Assembly (NCBI RefSeq): GCF_006345805.1
Contig: NW_021833312.1
Span: forward strand, 1-27,335
DNA: 27,335 nt
Direction of reading: 5' to 3'
Source: Octopus sinensis
Lineage: Eukaryota
Part shown: one piece after another, positions 1 through 10,899 of the stretch
Position numbering within the stretch: the stretch's first letter is position 1
Layout: each line of letters starts with the position of its first letter
Position numbers and translations under genes: made by a program
Notes under the pieces: model-generated
The model's input: the letters and a program-made list of their open reading frames with translations, nothing else
What the model was told of the DNA's origin: nothing
Database searches by the model: none

Positions 1-250
1 TTCGTTGCCTTTTTACTGCGGTCATGTTGGAGCACTACCTTGAAGAGTTTTAAGTCGAAAACATCAACATCACAGCTTATTTTTTTATAAAAGCCTAATA
101 CTTATTCTATCGGTCTCTTTAGACTAACTGCTAAATTATGGAAACGTAAACACACCAGTACCGGTTGTTGAGCAGTACCAGCGGCCAAACATAGACATAA
201 AGACAGACACACACACACATACACACGCATACACACGCATACACACAAAC
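1..250 (-). mobile_element. 3' half of long tRNA-derived SINE (family A), diverged, ending in the internal CA/TA microsatellite
   Basis: Colinear with 18600-18800 (cttattctatcggtctcttt ~ cttattctaacggtctcttt; cgtaaacacacca ~ cgtaaacacaccaa). The matching 5' half resumes at 671. Confidence 0.8.
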
Positions 251-259
251 GTATATATA

Positions 260-544
260 TATATAATTATAACAATAAGGGTTTGCAACAAGTTGCATGA
301 CCACATACCGAAAATTTTAGAAATAGCAGCCAAAGGATTACTATTTCCTTTTTCTACAAAAATATATCTCCACAGACAACAATTCCCTTTTTTTTTTTTT
401 GCCATATGTGAGTTACAAATATTGTTGTCTGTGGAGACATATTTTTGTAGAAAAAGGAAATAGTAGTCTTTTGGCTGCTATTTCTAAAATTTTCGGTATG
501 TGGTCATGCAACTTGTTGCAAACCCTTATTATTATAATTATATA
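260..544. repeat. Inverted repeat: 124-bp arms (260-383, 421-544), 37-bp spacer
   Basis: Manual reverse-complement alignment gives 120/124 identity; all four mismatches are transitions. Confidence 0.95.
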
Positions 545-670
545 AGTTTTTACCGAATATGGTCCTTTTCCATACCGAAATATTACTACGTGAAATTTGT
601 TGATTTTATTAAATTAATTATCTTTCACCCTATACCTTTAATGTATATATATATATATATATGTATATGT

Positions 671-770
671 AACGGGCTTCTTTCAGTTTCCGTCTACCGA
701 ATATACTCACAACGCTTTAGTTGCCCTGAGACTATAGTACAAGACATTTCCCCAAGGTGCCATTGCAGTG
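671..770 (-). mobile_element. 5' half fragment of SINE family A (CORE-like segment)
   Basis: cgggcttctttcagtttccgtctacc...caagacatttcccaaggtgcc matches 18855-18945, 25212-25310 and, in part, 3094-3140. Confidence 0.85.
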
Positions 771-1289
771 GATGCCCTGAGTGACCGGGACAGCACGAAC
801 AGCTGGTGGGAGCAGCTTTTTACCACACAACCATGCCTGCGTCTGTGGGCGCGCGCATGTGTGTGTGTGTGTGCTAGGTTGCTTTACGTTGGAGCTAACA
901 TATAACACAGTTATATGCTGCATGATCGGGCCGTCACCGACTAAACTAGCAACCCCACCAACCTCGTTTCGCGAGAAGAGGAATTTTAGGACAACCCGCA
1001 GAATGAAAATCTTGACCCGTCTGAAGACGGAAGAACACATGGCAGTCAACGGTCATCCAATATAGGCAAGGGTAAATTGTGCTAATCAGTTGTGAGGATT
1101 ATCCATTAAAGAGAAGGAAATCTGTGAAATAAAAACAGTTCAGTGACGAGGACTTGTAACGAGCTGATACTATGTTGTACAAAAAAATTATAGCGTGAAA
1201 ATGTTATGGTTTCCTCAACGGACGACTGATAAATAATAAATAGTGTATATATATATGAATGTATGCATAAGAAATTAGATCAATACAAC

Positions 1290-1337
1290 CCTATATAGAT
1301 AGATTGATTGATAGATAGATATACATACATATACGTA

Positions 1338-1383
<46 letters not shown>

Positions 1384-1441
1384 TACGTACATCATATACA
1401 TATATATGTATATACATACATACATGCAGGCATACATATAC

Positions 1442-1480
<39 letters not shown>

Positions 1481-1500
1481 TATATATATATATATAAACA

Positions 1501-1545
<45 letters not shown>

Positions 1546-1549
1546 AGAC

Positions 1550-1624
<75 letters not shown>

Positions 1625-1660
1625 TATATATGTATATATTATATATTATATATTATGTAT
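1290..1660. repeat. Compound (TAGA)n/(TA)n microsatellite
   Basis: Directly visible; explains ORFs 1291-1503 and 1308-1547. Confidence 0.95.
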
Positions 1661-1712
1661 TACACTCATTGACTTGTTCACCTTTTTGTGTGTTTTTCTC
1701 TCTATTTTTCAG

Positions 1713-1841
1713 GAAATCCTAGATGAATTTTGTTTCTCAGACAGTAAACCGGTACGGAATACTTGCATCAAAAAGGATGCCATTAAATGTACCGAGGGAC
1801 CTGATGTTGGTGCTAAACTCACTATACGTCCTCAGAATTAG
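1713..1841 (+). CDS. Candidate terminal coding exon, unknown product (EILDEFCFSDSKPVRNTCIKKDAIKCTEGPDVGAKLTIRPQN*)
   Basis: Strong polypyrimidine tract plus CAG acceptor ending at 1712, followed by 42 open codons in phase 0 in non-repetitive sequence. No recognisable homology and no phase-compatible upstream exon found. Confidence 0.2.
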   Translation, partial: EILDEFCFSDSKPVRNTCIKKDAIKCTEGPDVGAKLTIRPQN

Positions 1842-2260
1842 GTCATCTTTCCAAAAACAGGATTCTTACGATTCTTACGGCGTCATTTCTCACAATTATT
1901 GTCTACCAATTTTTTTCTCACAATGATTTTGTAGACGTTGCGTTAACGTTAGGTATTGTCCCACATATAAATACGTAGGATCGAAACCCACACCAGGAAG
2001 TTACGAACTGAACTTTTTAACCTCGCCGCAATCTGCCTTCCTTATAATCGCTTCCGTAGTAGAGTGTAAATTGTAGTTTGTTGTTTAAAGGAGAATTGCC
2101 TGGCATTTACTGTGGTTGATAGTTGCCGAGGTCATTTCTAATCAGGATAACCAATGATTAAAAGCCTTTCCAGGCGACACACACAAACATACTCACACAC
2201 AAACATATATATACTGTACATGTGTGGGTGTGCTGTGCATGGGAGGACACGTTTATATAT

Positions 2261-2426
2261 AAGGCGAACTGGCAGAAGAGTTAGCACGCCGGGCAGAATG
2301 CTTAGCGGCATTTCGATCGTCATTACGTTCTGAGGTTGATTTTGCCTTTCACCCTTGTGGGGCCGATAAAATAAGTAATCGATAAGCTCCGAAATTCTTG
2401 GCCTAGACACAAAATTTGAAACCAAT
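2261..2426 (+). mobile_element. tRNA-derived SINE family B (Nin/Deu-like core), internally deleted
   Basis: Head aaggcgaactggcagaa...atgcttagcggcatttcg...ttacgttctgag and core gcctttcaccct...gataaaataagta are shared with 7101-7292 and 23557-23703. Confidence 0.85.
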
Positions 2427-2443
2427 ATATATATAATATATCC

Positions 2444-2704
2444 TAGCGGTTCACCAAACGTAATCGATAAAATTACCTAGCAGCTCGACAAACGAAATCG
2501 ATAAAATTACTAAGCGGTTCGACAAACGAGATCGATAAATTGACATAGCGGTTCGCTAAACGATATCGATAAAATTACTTAGCGGTTCACCAAACGAAAT
2601 CGATAAAATGACAGCGGTTCACCAAAATGACTTAGCGGTTCGACAAACAAAATCGATAAAATGACCTAACGGTTCGACAAACGAAAACGATAAAATGACA
2701 TAGC
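2444..2704 (+). repeat. Minisatellite, about 34-bp unit, about 8 copies (one truncated)
   Basis: Consensus TAGCGGTTCGACAAACGAAATCGATAAAATKAC repeated head-to-tail with no spacers. Confidence 0.95.
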
Positions 2705-3090
2705 TTTCAACGCTTTCTCTCTATAGATACAGACAGACTTACAGTGAAAGAGGTGGTGGAAGAAAGAGTGACAGATAGACGGCGAAGCTGTCAAACGTCG
2801 TTATAGAGAGTTTTTGGAGGGAAAGGAAGAAAGAGAGAATCGAGGAAAACAGGCAGATATACGAATGAGAGAAGCGACAAACACTTGTCAAAGTGCGAGT
2901 TTTGTTGCCTTAGTAACCACAGCTTTTGAGGTAAGGGTTTCCAAACTAGTCCACTCACTTCCTTGCCTCGTTTTACATGTCTGTAAATTTTGGAGCCAAT
3001 CCGACCCCATCTAGTGCCCCTTAACCCGTTTCAATCCCCAAATGAGACAAACTTTTCGCATTTCAGTATTATAGATATTGACATATATAT

Positions 3091-3230
3091 ACGACGGGCT
3101 TCTTTTATTTTCCGTTTACCAAAATTCATTCACAAGGTGTTGGTCAGTGTGAGGCTATAGTAGTCACGCAGTGGGACTGAACCCGGAACGATGTGGTTGG
3201 AAAAGTTTCTTACCGTACAGCCACGCCTGC
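3091..3230 (-). mobile_element. 5' half of SINE family A with internal deletion
   Basis: Minus strand shows an A-box-like TGGCTGTACGG and B-box-like GGTTCAGTCCC; matches 18853-19005. Confidence 0.85.
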
Positions 3231-3359
3231 ACCTAATTCTTGATATCTTTGTTTAATCATTTAGAAGCTCAAGGACCCGTGACATTCTATATATCTACCA
3301 CATCAAATAATGTAATCGAAATTGTGTATGAAATTTCTTATTGGTTAATTAGCGATGGC

Positions 3360-3819
3360 TGCAGCCGCGGTAGTCGTGGTCGTAATGTTTGATGGACTTA
3401 GTGGTTGTTATAGCTGTGATGGTAATGGTAATGGTTATGGTGTTGGTGGTGGTGGTGGTGGTGGTGGTGATGATCGTCGGTCGTCGTGAAGATGGTGCTA
3501 CTGCGGGCGGCGGTGGTGATGTTGTTAGTGATGGTCATCGTGGTAACTGTGATGTCGATGATGATGCTGGTGGTTACGGTAGTCACAGCGGTGTTGATGT
3601 AGACGGTGGCGGCGGTGGTGGCGGTGGTAGTAGTGGCTGGAGTCGCGGTGGTGGTGTGTTGATACAGTGTTGGGTGCGCGTTCGGTTGTGTCGGGGCCGT
3701 TGATTGGGGTCGTTGCTGTTATCTTTTGCTATTCTTGTCGAACGTGACAATACAATGTGACTGGGTTTTTTTAGTTGCTGCTGTTAATTTAGCGATGGTG
3801 CGTTTTGAAACCACTCATG

Positions 3820-3859
<40 letters not shown>

Positions 3860-3900
3860 TAACCACTGCTACTACTATTACTACTACTGCTACTACTATA

Positions 3901-3931
<31 letters not shown>

Positions 3932-3994
3932 ACTACTATAACCACTGCAACTACTACTACTATAACCACTGCTGCTACTACTACTACTACTATA

Positions 3995-4046
<52 letters not shown>

Positions 4047-4180
4047 AAACCACTGCTACTACTATTACTACTTACTACTATAACCACTGCAACTACTACT
4101 ACTATAACCACTGCAACTACCACTACTATAACCACTGCTGCTACTACTACTGCTACTACTACTACTATAACCACTGATAC

Positions 4181-4225
<45 letters not shown>

Positions 4226-4427
4226 TACTACTAATACTATTACTATAACCAATGCAACTACTACAACTACCACTACTACTACAATCACCACTTCCTCACC
4301 ACCAGCTCCTATACCCCTGAACCCGCTCCTAAGACCCATAACCGTTCTACAACCGCTCTTCCCACAACTCCGCCCCCCACTATGCACAAGCTGTAGCAGT
4401 ATTGGTAGCGTTACTAGTAGCAGCATT

Positions 4428-4511
<84 letters not shown>

Positions 4512-5360
4512 GGTGGTGGTATAAATAGTTGTGATTGTTGTTAGATTTTGGATTTATGTATTTCATATTTCCCGTGACTCAGAAAGAAGAAATCGATAAG
4601 TTTGTCGTACAAAAAAGAAATATGGCGGCGGTGTTGGAGTTGGCATTATTGTCGTTGTGTGGGGGGGTGGGGTGCTGCTAATGGGGTAGCGGTAGTGGTG
4701 GCGGCTGTGACGGTGGTGATAGGGTGTTGGCGGGGTCGGTGTTGGTGGTAGCGGTGATACTGATGGTGGTGATGGTGGCAGCGGTGTTGGTTTTGGCGCG
4801 TTGGAAGTGATAATTATGGTGGTGGTGGTGGTAGTGGTGATGGTGTTGGCGGAGGCGGTGCTGGTGGTACTGGTAATGCTGATGGTGGTGTTAGTGGTGG
4901 TGGTGACAGCGGTGTCGGTTTTGGCGTGTTAGAAGTGATAATTGTGGTGGTGGTGGTGGTGGTGGTGGTGGTGGTGGTGGTGGTGTGGTGGTGGTGGTGG
5001 TGGTGGTGGTGGTGGTGGTGATGGTGTTGGTGGTGGTGGTGGTATTAACGGTGGCGCTGGATATGATCGTGATGGTGGTGGCGATGGTGTTAGTAATTGC
5101 AACGGTATTGGTGCTAATGTTGGGGGGTAGTGGTAGTGGTGGTGATAAGGGTGGTAGTGTTGGTGGAGGGTGTGGTGATAATGGCGGGCAGGCGGGCGGA
5201 AGGGTGGGTGAGTGATGTTAGGGGTTAGCAGCAGTGTCTATAATAGAGTATTATATAGCAATAGCTGTAAACACTACCTCCACGTACTCCAAACACTCAC
5301 ACATCCACCCTACCCGACCCCGGTGCCAACCAACACTACCACCACCACCACCACCACATC
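3360..5360. repeat. Mosaic of trinucleotide tracts: (GGT)n-rich 3360-3660, (ACT)n higher-order repeat 3815-4290, (AGC)n/(AGT)n 4425-4500, (GGT)n-rich 4500-5215, (ACC)n 5335-5360
   Basis: Directly visible; source of the poly-V/T/Y/S/W/G ORFs. Confidence 0.95.
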
Positions 5361-5581
5361 CTCCCCATCCCCATGCAAGTTTATAGTTAACCCCGTTTGA
5401 ACCCTAGCAGTCAGTGTTTGTTACATTGTGTGTCAGTAGTAGAACCCTAAATCATCCACGCTGTATTTATCTTAATCTGTTGTCATGGTAACTAGGAGTA
5501 TCAACATTTTCTTTATTCAACTGGTGGTTGCAGTGAGCGGGAGTGAAAGGGAGAGGAGGGCCGACAGATACAAACAAACGT

Positions 5582-5625
<44 letters not shown>

Positions 5626-5908
5626 CAAAAGGATGTGTTATACTATTCCACACATACACACACACATACACACACACACATTTATTAATTTTTAATCTTA
5701 TAATAATATAAATTTAATAAACTGTTAATTAAAAAATAATAAATTAAACTGATTAGAACTACCAGTGAAGTCATTCTTTTCCGTTTTTCAAACATAACGA
5801 ACTGTACCGAGGATCTCACACATTTTCCAATGCATACATATATACATACATACATACATACATACATACATACATACATACACATACAATACATATATAT
5901 ATATAATA

Positions 5909-5959
<51 letters not shown>

Positions 5960-5962
<3 letters not shown>

Positions 5963-6050
5963 CCTGTACCCATATGTGCATGTATATATACATATATAAG
6001 TATGTATATACATATATGTATCTATATATGCATATATTTATATATTATTT

Positions 6051-6088
<38 letters not shown>

Positions 6089-6350
6089 TAAATAATATAT
6101 AAATATAGGCATATATATATATGCATATATGTACATACATACATATATATGTATATATACATGCACATATGGGTACAGGACATAAAAAAAACGTTGAACA
6201 CAGTGAGAAACGAAAACATAAAAACAAAAACATAGAAACGAAAAAACAAACAAACAGAGAAATGAGACATGCAATATAAAGAATATTCCCCTGCTTCAGT
6301 TGTCCTTGTTTCATCTACTCCGCGTTTCGATGTATCTCGTTGTGTTCTAC
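5960..6350 (-). mobile_element. Unclassified TA-anchored repeat family H (6089-6350, minus) with a partial inverted copy at 5960-6051
   Basis: Reverse complement of 6089-6350 aligns to 24116-24385 (gaatattctttat...gtcctgtacccatat). 5960-6051 is the reverse complement of 6089-6182. Confidence 0.8.
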
Positions 6351-6391
6351 GTTTATTTGTGGTGTTCTGTACTGATATATATATATATATA

Positions 6392-6553
6392 TATAATATT
6401 AATTAGAGACAAAACCACTATTTTGCAAAACAAACAAGGAAAGACTTAATCAATACATAAAATTTTAATAAAAAGTAAAAAAAGTAAAAAAAGTAAAAAA
6501 AGTAAAAAAAAGTTTGTTTTGCAAATAGTTTTTTGTCTCTAATTAATATTATA
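6392..6553. repeat. Short fold-back element: about 43-bp inverted arms (6392-6435, 6512-6553) around an (AAAAAAGT)n-containing spacer
   Basis: tataatattaattagagacaaaaccactattttgcaaaacaaac versus reverse complement tataatattaattagagacaaaaaactatttgcaaaacaaac. Confidence 0.85.
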
Positions 6554-6811
6554 TAATATTTTACTATAAAATGGATTTAATCCTAAATCTGATTTTTTCC
6601 CTGTAAATTTGGATTTATTCCCTAATATTTATTATATATATATATTATATATATATATATATATTATATATATATATACACTATATGCATGTATATATAC
6701 ATGTAGATGTAAGTATGTACATATATGTATGTATATATGCATATGTTTTATTTATTTATTATATCATTATATGAACGAACACCACGTTATTTCTCTTCTC
6801 CAAGTAAGTTT

Positions 6812-6848
<37 letters not shown>

Positions 6849-7100
6849 GGAAGAGGTTAAACATGGCGTCTCTATGTTGTCCTCGTGTTGAATTTTCAAA
6901 TATACCGTGTAGCGTAGTGTAACATATTATGATGGAGTAGAGCGAATGCAGTATAGAGTGTTTCCATCGTAAGGATCTTTTTTCCTCTTCTTCCAACCAC
7001 AAATCTTAATCTAAGAATTTTCAAAAAAAAAAAGAAATTGTAATTATGGTAAAGTTTTGACTGTTAGTAACGTGTATTTCAGTTATCATTTGGGGAAATT

Positions 7101-7352
7101 AAGGCGGACAAAATGCTTAGCGGTATTTCGTCTGTTATTACGTTCTGAGTTCAAATTCCGCTGAAGTTGACTCTGCCTTATATCATTTTCTGTCTCGATG
7201 AAATAAATACCAGTTACGCACTGGAGTCGAGATAATCGATTTATTCTCTTCCCTCAAATTTCAGGCCTTATGCCGATATCAGAAAGGATTACTTGGGGGA
7301 ATTAAGGCGGAGAGCTGGCAGAAACCTTAGTACGCTTAGCGGTATTTTGCCT
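7101..7352 (+). mobile_element. Two tandem SINE family B pieces (7101-7292 head-deleted copy; about 7303-7352 head only)
   Basis: Match to 2261-2426 and 23557-23703. Both are preceded by the same tgggg(g/a)aattaaggcgg junction. Confidence 0.8.
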
Positions 7353-7450
7353 TAAATGATAAGGTTGGAAAGTTATCAAGTCAGTCAGGAAAAGGCAGAA
7401 TATTCCGATTCTGTAGAATATATTTTTACATAGGAACGCAACCACTGAAA

Positions 7451-7483
<33 letters not shown>

Positions 7484-7491
7484 ATAGAAAA

Positions 7492-7860
7492 TGGGACAAT
7501 AACGCAAAACATTTGGAGAGTTAGGTTGTACAAAGATGGAATAACAAAACATCCAGATAGACAATACAAAGAAAACAAGAACAGGTCATTCGAAGTTTCC
7601 TTTCCTCAGTCGAGTTCCAGATTATCTTCGCAATCTCGGCTGATTATACTCGAGATTGCTCCAATCTGACCAGCCCCAAGGAAAAACTAAGCTAAGACCA
7701 TTAGATTCCTTGGAAGAAAGCAGCGAATGTACACAAAAACAAGAACGGATAAAACGGACAATGTTACACAAATAAATAAAAATAATAACAGGACATAACA
7801 ACAGGTGTCTTTCGACTAAGGACGAATTTGAATTAAGCTGGCGTGTGAGAAATGAAGCCT
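7492..7860 (-). mobile_element. Unclassified interspersed repeat family G (strand arbitrary, relative to the 26655 copy)
   Basis: Colinear with 12604-12965 (gagattgctcc...cattagattccttggaagaaagc...gctggcgtg); part is the reverse complement of 26655-26790. Confidence 0.8.
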
Positions 7861-8048
7861 TACGGCAAGGATACAAGATTTCACAGGCACAGGGAGGAAT
7901 ATCGATGTTGCACGGACAACGGCCAGACCAAGAAAGAAAGATCAAGCTTGGCCAAACACCGGTCACATACACACACACACACACACACGCACACACACAT
8001 ACAACACACATACACACACACGCACACATATATGTATATGTATATATA

Positions 8049-8362
8049 TCTATATATATAAAAATGAGAATGTGTGTTTGTCTGTGTGTATGTGTGTCTG
8101 TCTGTGTGTCTGTGTGAATCCCTAAAACTTGAGAACTACACAACCAATTTCATTCAAATTTTACACATGCCTTACTTAGGGTCCATGAAGTGTCATAGGC
8201 CAAAAAATGCTTAACTTTTTGACTAGTGCGATCCAAAGCAACATCATATTTTCTCCACTATTTCAGTATTACGTGTCAAAAGTGAAACAATCACATCTCT
8301 CTATTGTCATATCAGATACTTACACTTTAATACTGAAACTATTAAAGTGAAACTATTATCTC
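8049..8362 (+). mobile_element. Probable non-autonomous Helitron, 5' portion
   Basis: Begins A|TCTATATATATAAAA, followed by a (TCTG/TG)n tract and caaccaatttcattcaaattttacac, an architecture typical of short non-autonomous Helitrons. 8228-8330 recurs at 24709-24810. Confidence 0.55.
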
Positions 8363-8416
8363 ACATATATACAGGCATACATACATATATACATACATAT
8401 ATATAATATATATATG

Positions 8417-8712
8417 AGGTTGTGAGCTCGATTCCCGGACCGGGCTGCGTGTTGTGTTCTTGAGCAAGGCACTTTATTTCACGTTGCTCCAGTTCACTCA
8501 GCTGTAGAAATGAGTTGCGACGTCACTGGTGCCAAGCTGTATCGACCTTTGTCTTTCCCTTGGATAACACTCGTGGCGTGGAGAGGGGAGGTTGGTATGC
8601 ATGGGCGACTGCTGGTCTTCCATAAACAACCTTGCCCGGACTTGTGCCTCGGAGGGTAACTTTCTAGGTGCAATCCCATGGTCATTCATGACCGAAGGGG
8701 GTCTTTACCTTT
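8417..8712 (+). mobile_element. 5'-truncated SINE with family C head/CORE-like segment and a different 3' body
   Basis: gattcccggaccgggc...gttgtgttcttgagcaaggcactt...ttcacgttgctccagt..actcagctg matches 15455-15545, then diverges completely. Confidence 0.8.
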
Positions 8713-8723
8713 TATATACATAC

Positions 8724-8798
<75 letters not shown>

Positions 8799-9099
8799 TA
8801 TATATAATATATATATATGTATGTATGTATGTATGTATACATTTTCACAAATGTATATATATACTTGTTTATATATTTGGAAATTATATTCTATGCATAA
8901 GGGCCATAAACCCTATGATAATTCATATATTTTGGCTGTTGATGAAATTTTAACCATAGACACAAATGAAGTAATATTTATAAAATTTCATCTTCTTACA
9001 AGTTAGAAAGACCCCTTCATGGGGACTTAACACCCACAATTTTGTCATTTTATCTAAGTAAAGACGGTTACAGTTATACTCTTGGAAGCTGTAGGGTCA

Positions 9100-9590
9100 C
9101 CCGAGCATAAAAAATGAGCATTATTTGTAATTCAATGGTACAACAGTGTAAGAGTTTGCTTTGAGATATATTTAGATTGTGATTTCTGAAATGTGGTGCA
9201 TAAATTTTCAAGTAAATGAGAGGCATCTTTGTCTCCACTGATTCAGTCGCAAAGTGTTGAATAAAGTTATTTGGTTGCAGACCACCTTTTAGTCTTTTTA
9301 TTATCACTGGGTGACACATAGTCCCCAGATGGTAACATTGATTTCAAGGCCTTCCCAGGTGAGTGTCTGGTTATTCAAAGACATTCATAGATTGTAAATT
9401 TATTCTGTCCAGTTACATATCAGTATAGTGGTCATTTGCAAACTCCAGGGGTGACACTTTCATTTCTCCTTAGCCCTCACGTCACACAGTTGCTAATGTT
9501 TATTTGAGTTGGGTCACGCCCTTCCAATTGCTATAGATCCGTAATGCATCTTACAGCTGTACCTGTCACCTGTATGGTCAGGAATCCTAC
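9100..9590 (-). pseudogene. Possible heavily decayed LINE APE-endonuclease segment
   Basis: Minus-strand frames give weak APE-like motifs (VTTVNVGFL; INISNCVT*GLRRNES; NFIQHFA) with many stops. Resemblance by eye only. Confidence 0.25.
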
Positions 9591-9662
9591 ATTGACAGTG
9601 GTAACGACTAGAGTACGGTAGCTGACTGCTTATTGTGAGTCAATACACACACACACACACAC

Positions 9663-9745
<83 letters not shown>

Positions 9746-9774
9746 AAGAGGTATATACACATATACATATATAT

Positions 9775-9809
<35 letters not shown>

Positions 9810-9820
9810 ACATTTATATA

Positions 9821-10778
9821 CACAGATGTGACAAAAGTAAATAGACACACCATAAAACGTTTTATGTTAATTTTGACTTGAAACGGTTTATATTTTTTTT
9901 TATTAATGGTCATTTTTATGTTTCGGGTTCTGTATGTGACTGTTTAATAATGCCTCCTACAAAAGAAGCCTTAGAACTGTCCGAATTTCAAAGAGACCAT
10001 AATGTAGATCAATCTGAGTTGGACGAAGTTAGCGTAAAATCGCAGGAAACCTTAGGACCCCGCTTTCTACAGTTAATAGGGTCATTGTGCAATTCACTAG
10101 AGAGGGGAAGGAGTCTATGTCACATTGCTCAGGTCGACTTGGGCCTTCTGACAGGACCCTTTGCTTCGTGAAGTGAAATGTGGAGGATAATCCCCATTGC
10201 AAGGCCTCTGACATAACAGAACAAGTTGATGTTAATCACAGAACAGCTGTCAGGTATTCCACAAACTTGGCTACTATGGCAGAGAAGCAGGAAGAAAGCC
10301 ACTCCTTCAACCAGCCAATATCAAGTGGAGAAAAGATTGGGCCAGTAAGATAAATGAGTGGCCGTTAGCATTTTGGGACACTTTCATATTCTCTGATGAG
10401 TCCAAATTTGCTTTATTTTCTGACAGTGGTCGAGTGTGGGCCTGGAAACTCTGATCAAGAATTTGATTGCAGCCAACAGTTAAATACGGCAGCTATTCTG
10501 TGATGGTCTGGGGAGCAATTTGAAACAATGGCCAATCAAAGCTGGTGGAGTGTGATGGAAACGTAAACTTATATAAATATATGTCCATATTGCAGAAAGG
10601 ACTCCTTCCAATCTTCTCCAATGGTCAAATTGTTAAAGAAATATCTTTATTTATAGGAAATGGGGTTCCTTGTTACATATCTAAAATGACCCAATTTTGG
10701 TTGGAAAGAAGGGCATTCAAAAACTTCCATGGGGCCAAGCCAGTCCCCATATATGAACCCTATTGAATACCTCTGGAC
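9821..10778 (+). mobile_element. Tc1/mariner (Tc1-type) transposon remnant: probable left TIR 9821-9850 and disrupted transposase 9950-10776
   Basis: TATA|CACAGATGTGACAAAAGTAAATAGACAC resembles Tc1 TIRs. Translations across frameshifts: [87 protein letters not shown]. Several stops; the second catalytic D motif is degenerate (FIGNGVPCY). Confidence 0.92.
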
Positions 10779-10796
10779 AGGACACTTCGTAAAAAG

Positions 10797-10890
10797 AACA
10801 ACGTGCCCTGCTCAAGGACACGACGTTTCGCCCGGAATTGACTCACGGCCTTACGACCATGAGCCAAATATCCTAACCACAAAGCCACTC
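10797..10890 (-). mobile_element. SINE head fragment (family C-like)
   Basis: Reverse complement gtggctttgtggttaggatatttggctcatggtcgtaagg...cgtgtccttgagcagggcac has the tRNA-like head and CCTTGAGCAAGGCAC-like core. Confidence 0.7.
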
Positions 10891-10899
10891 TGAGTGGTT

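Noticed and set aside
879-1071. Internal coding exon upstream of 1713
   Set aside because: All frames contain stops or are phase-incompatible with the 42-codon frame at 1713.
2444-2704. CRISPR-like array (repeat length about 34 bp)
   Set aside because: Units are directly adjacent with no unique spacers, there are no cas genes, and the context is eukaryotic and SINE-derived.
2814-2936. Exon ending at a strong donor GAG|GTAAGG (2930/2931)
   Set aside because: No clear acceptor or recognisable peptide, and the upstream sequence is GA-rich low complexity; a single donor motif is insufficient.
3926-4426. 166-aa hydrophobic or mucin-like ORF
   Set aside because: Entirely explained by (ACT)n/(ATT)n repeats; no splice or domain context.
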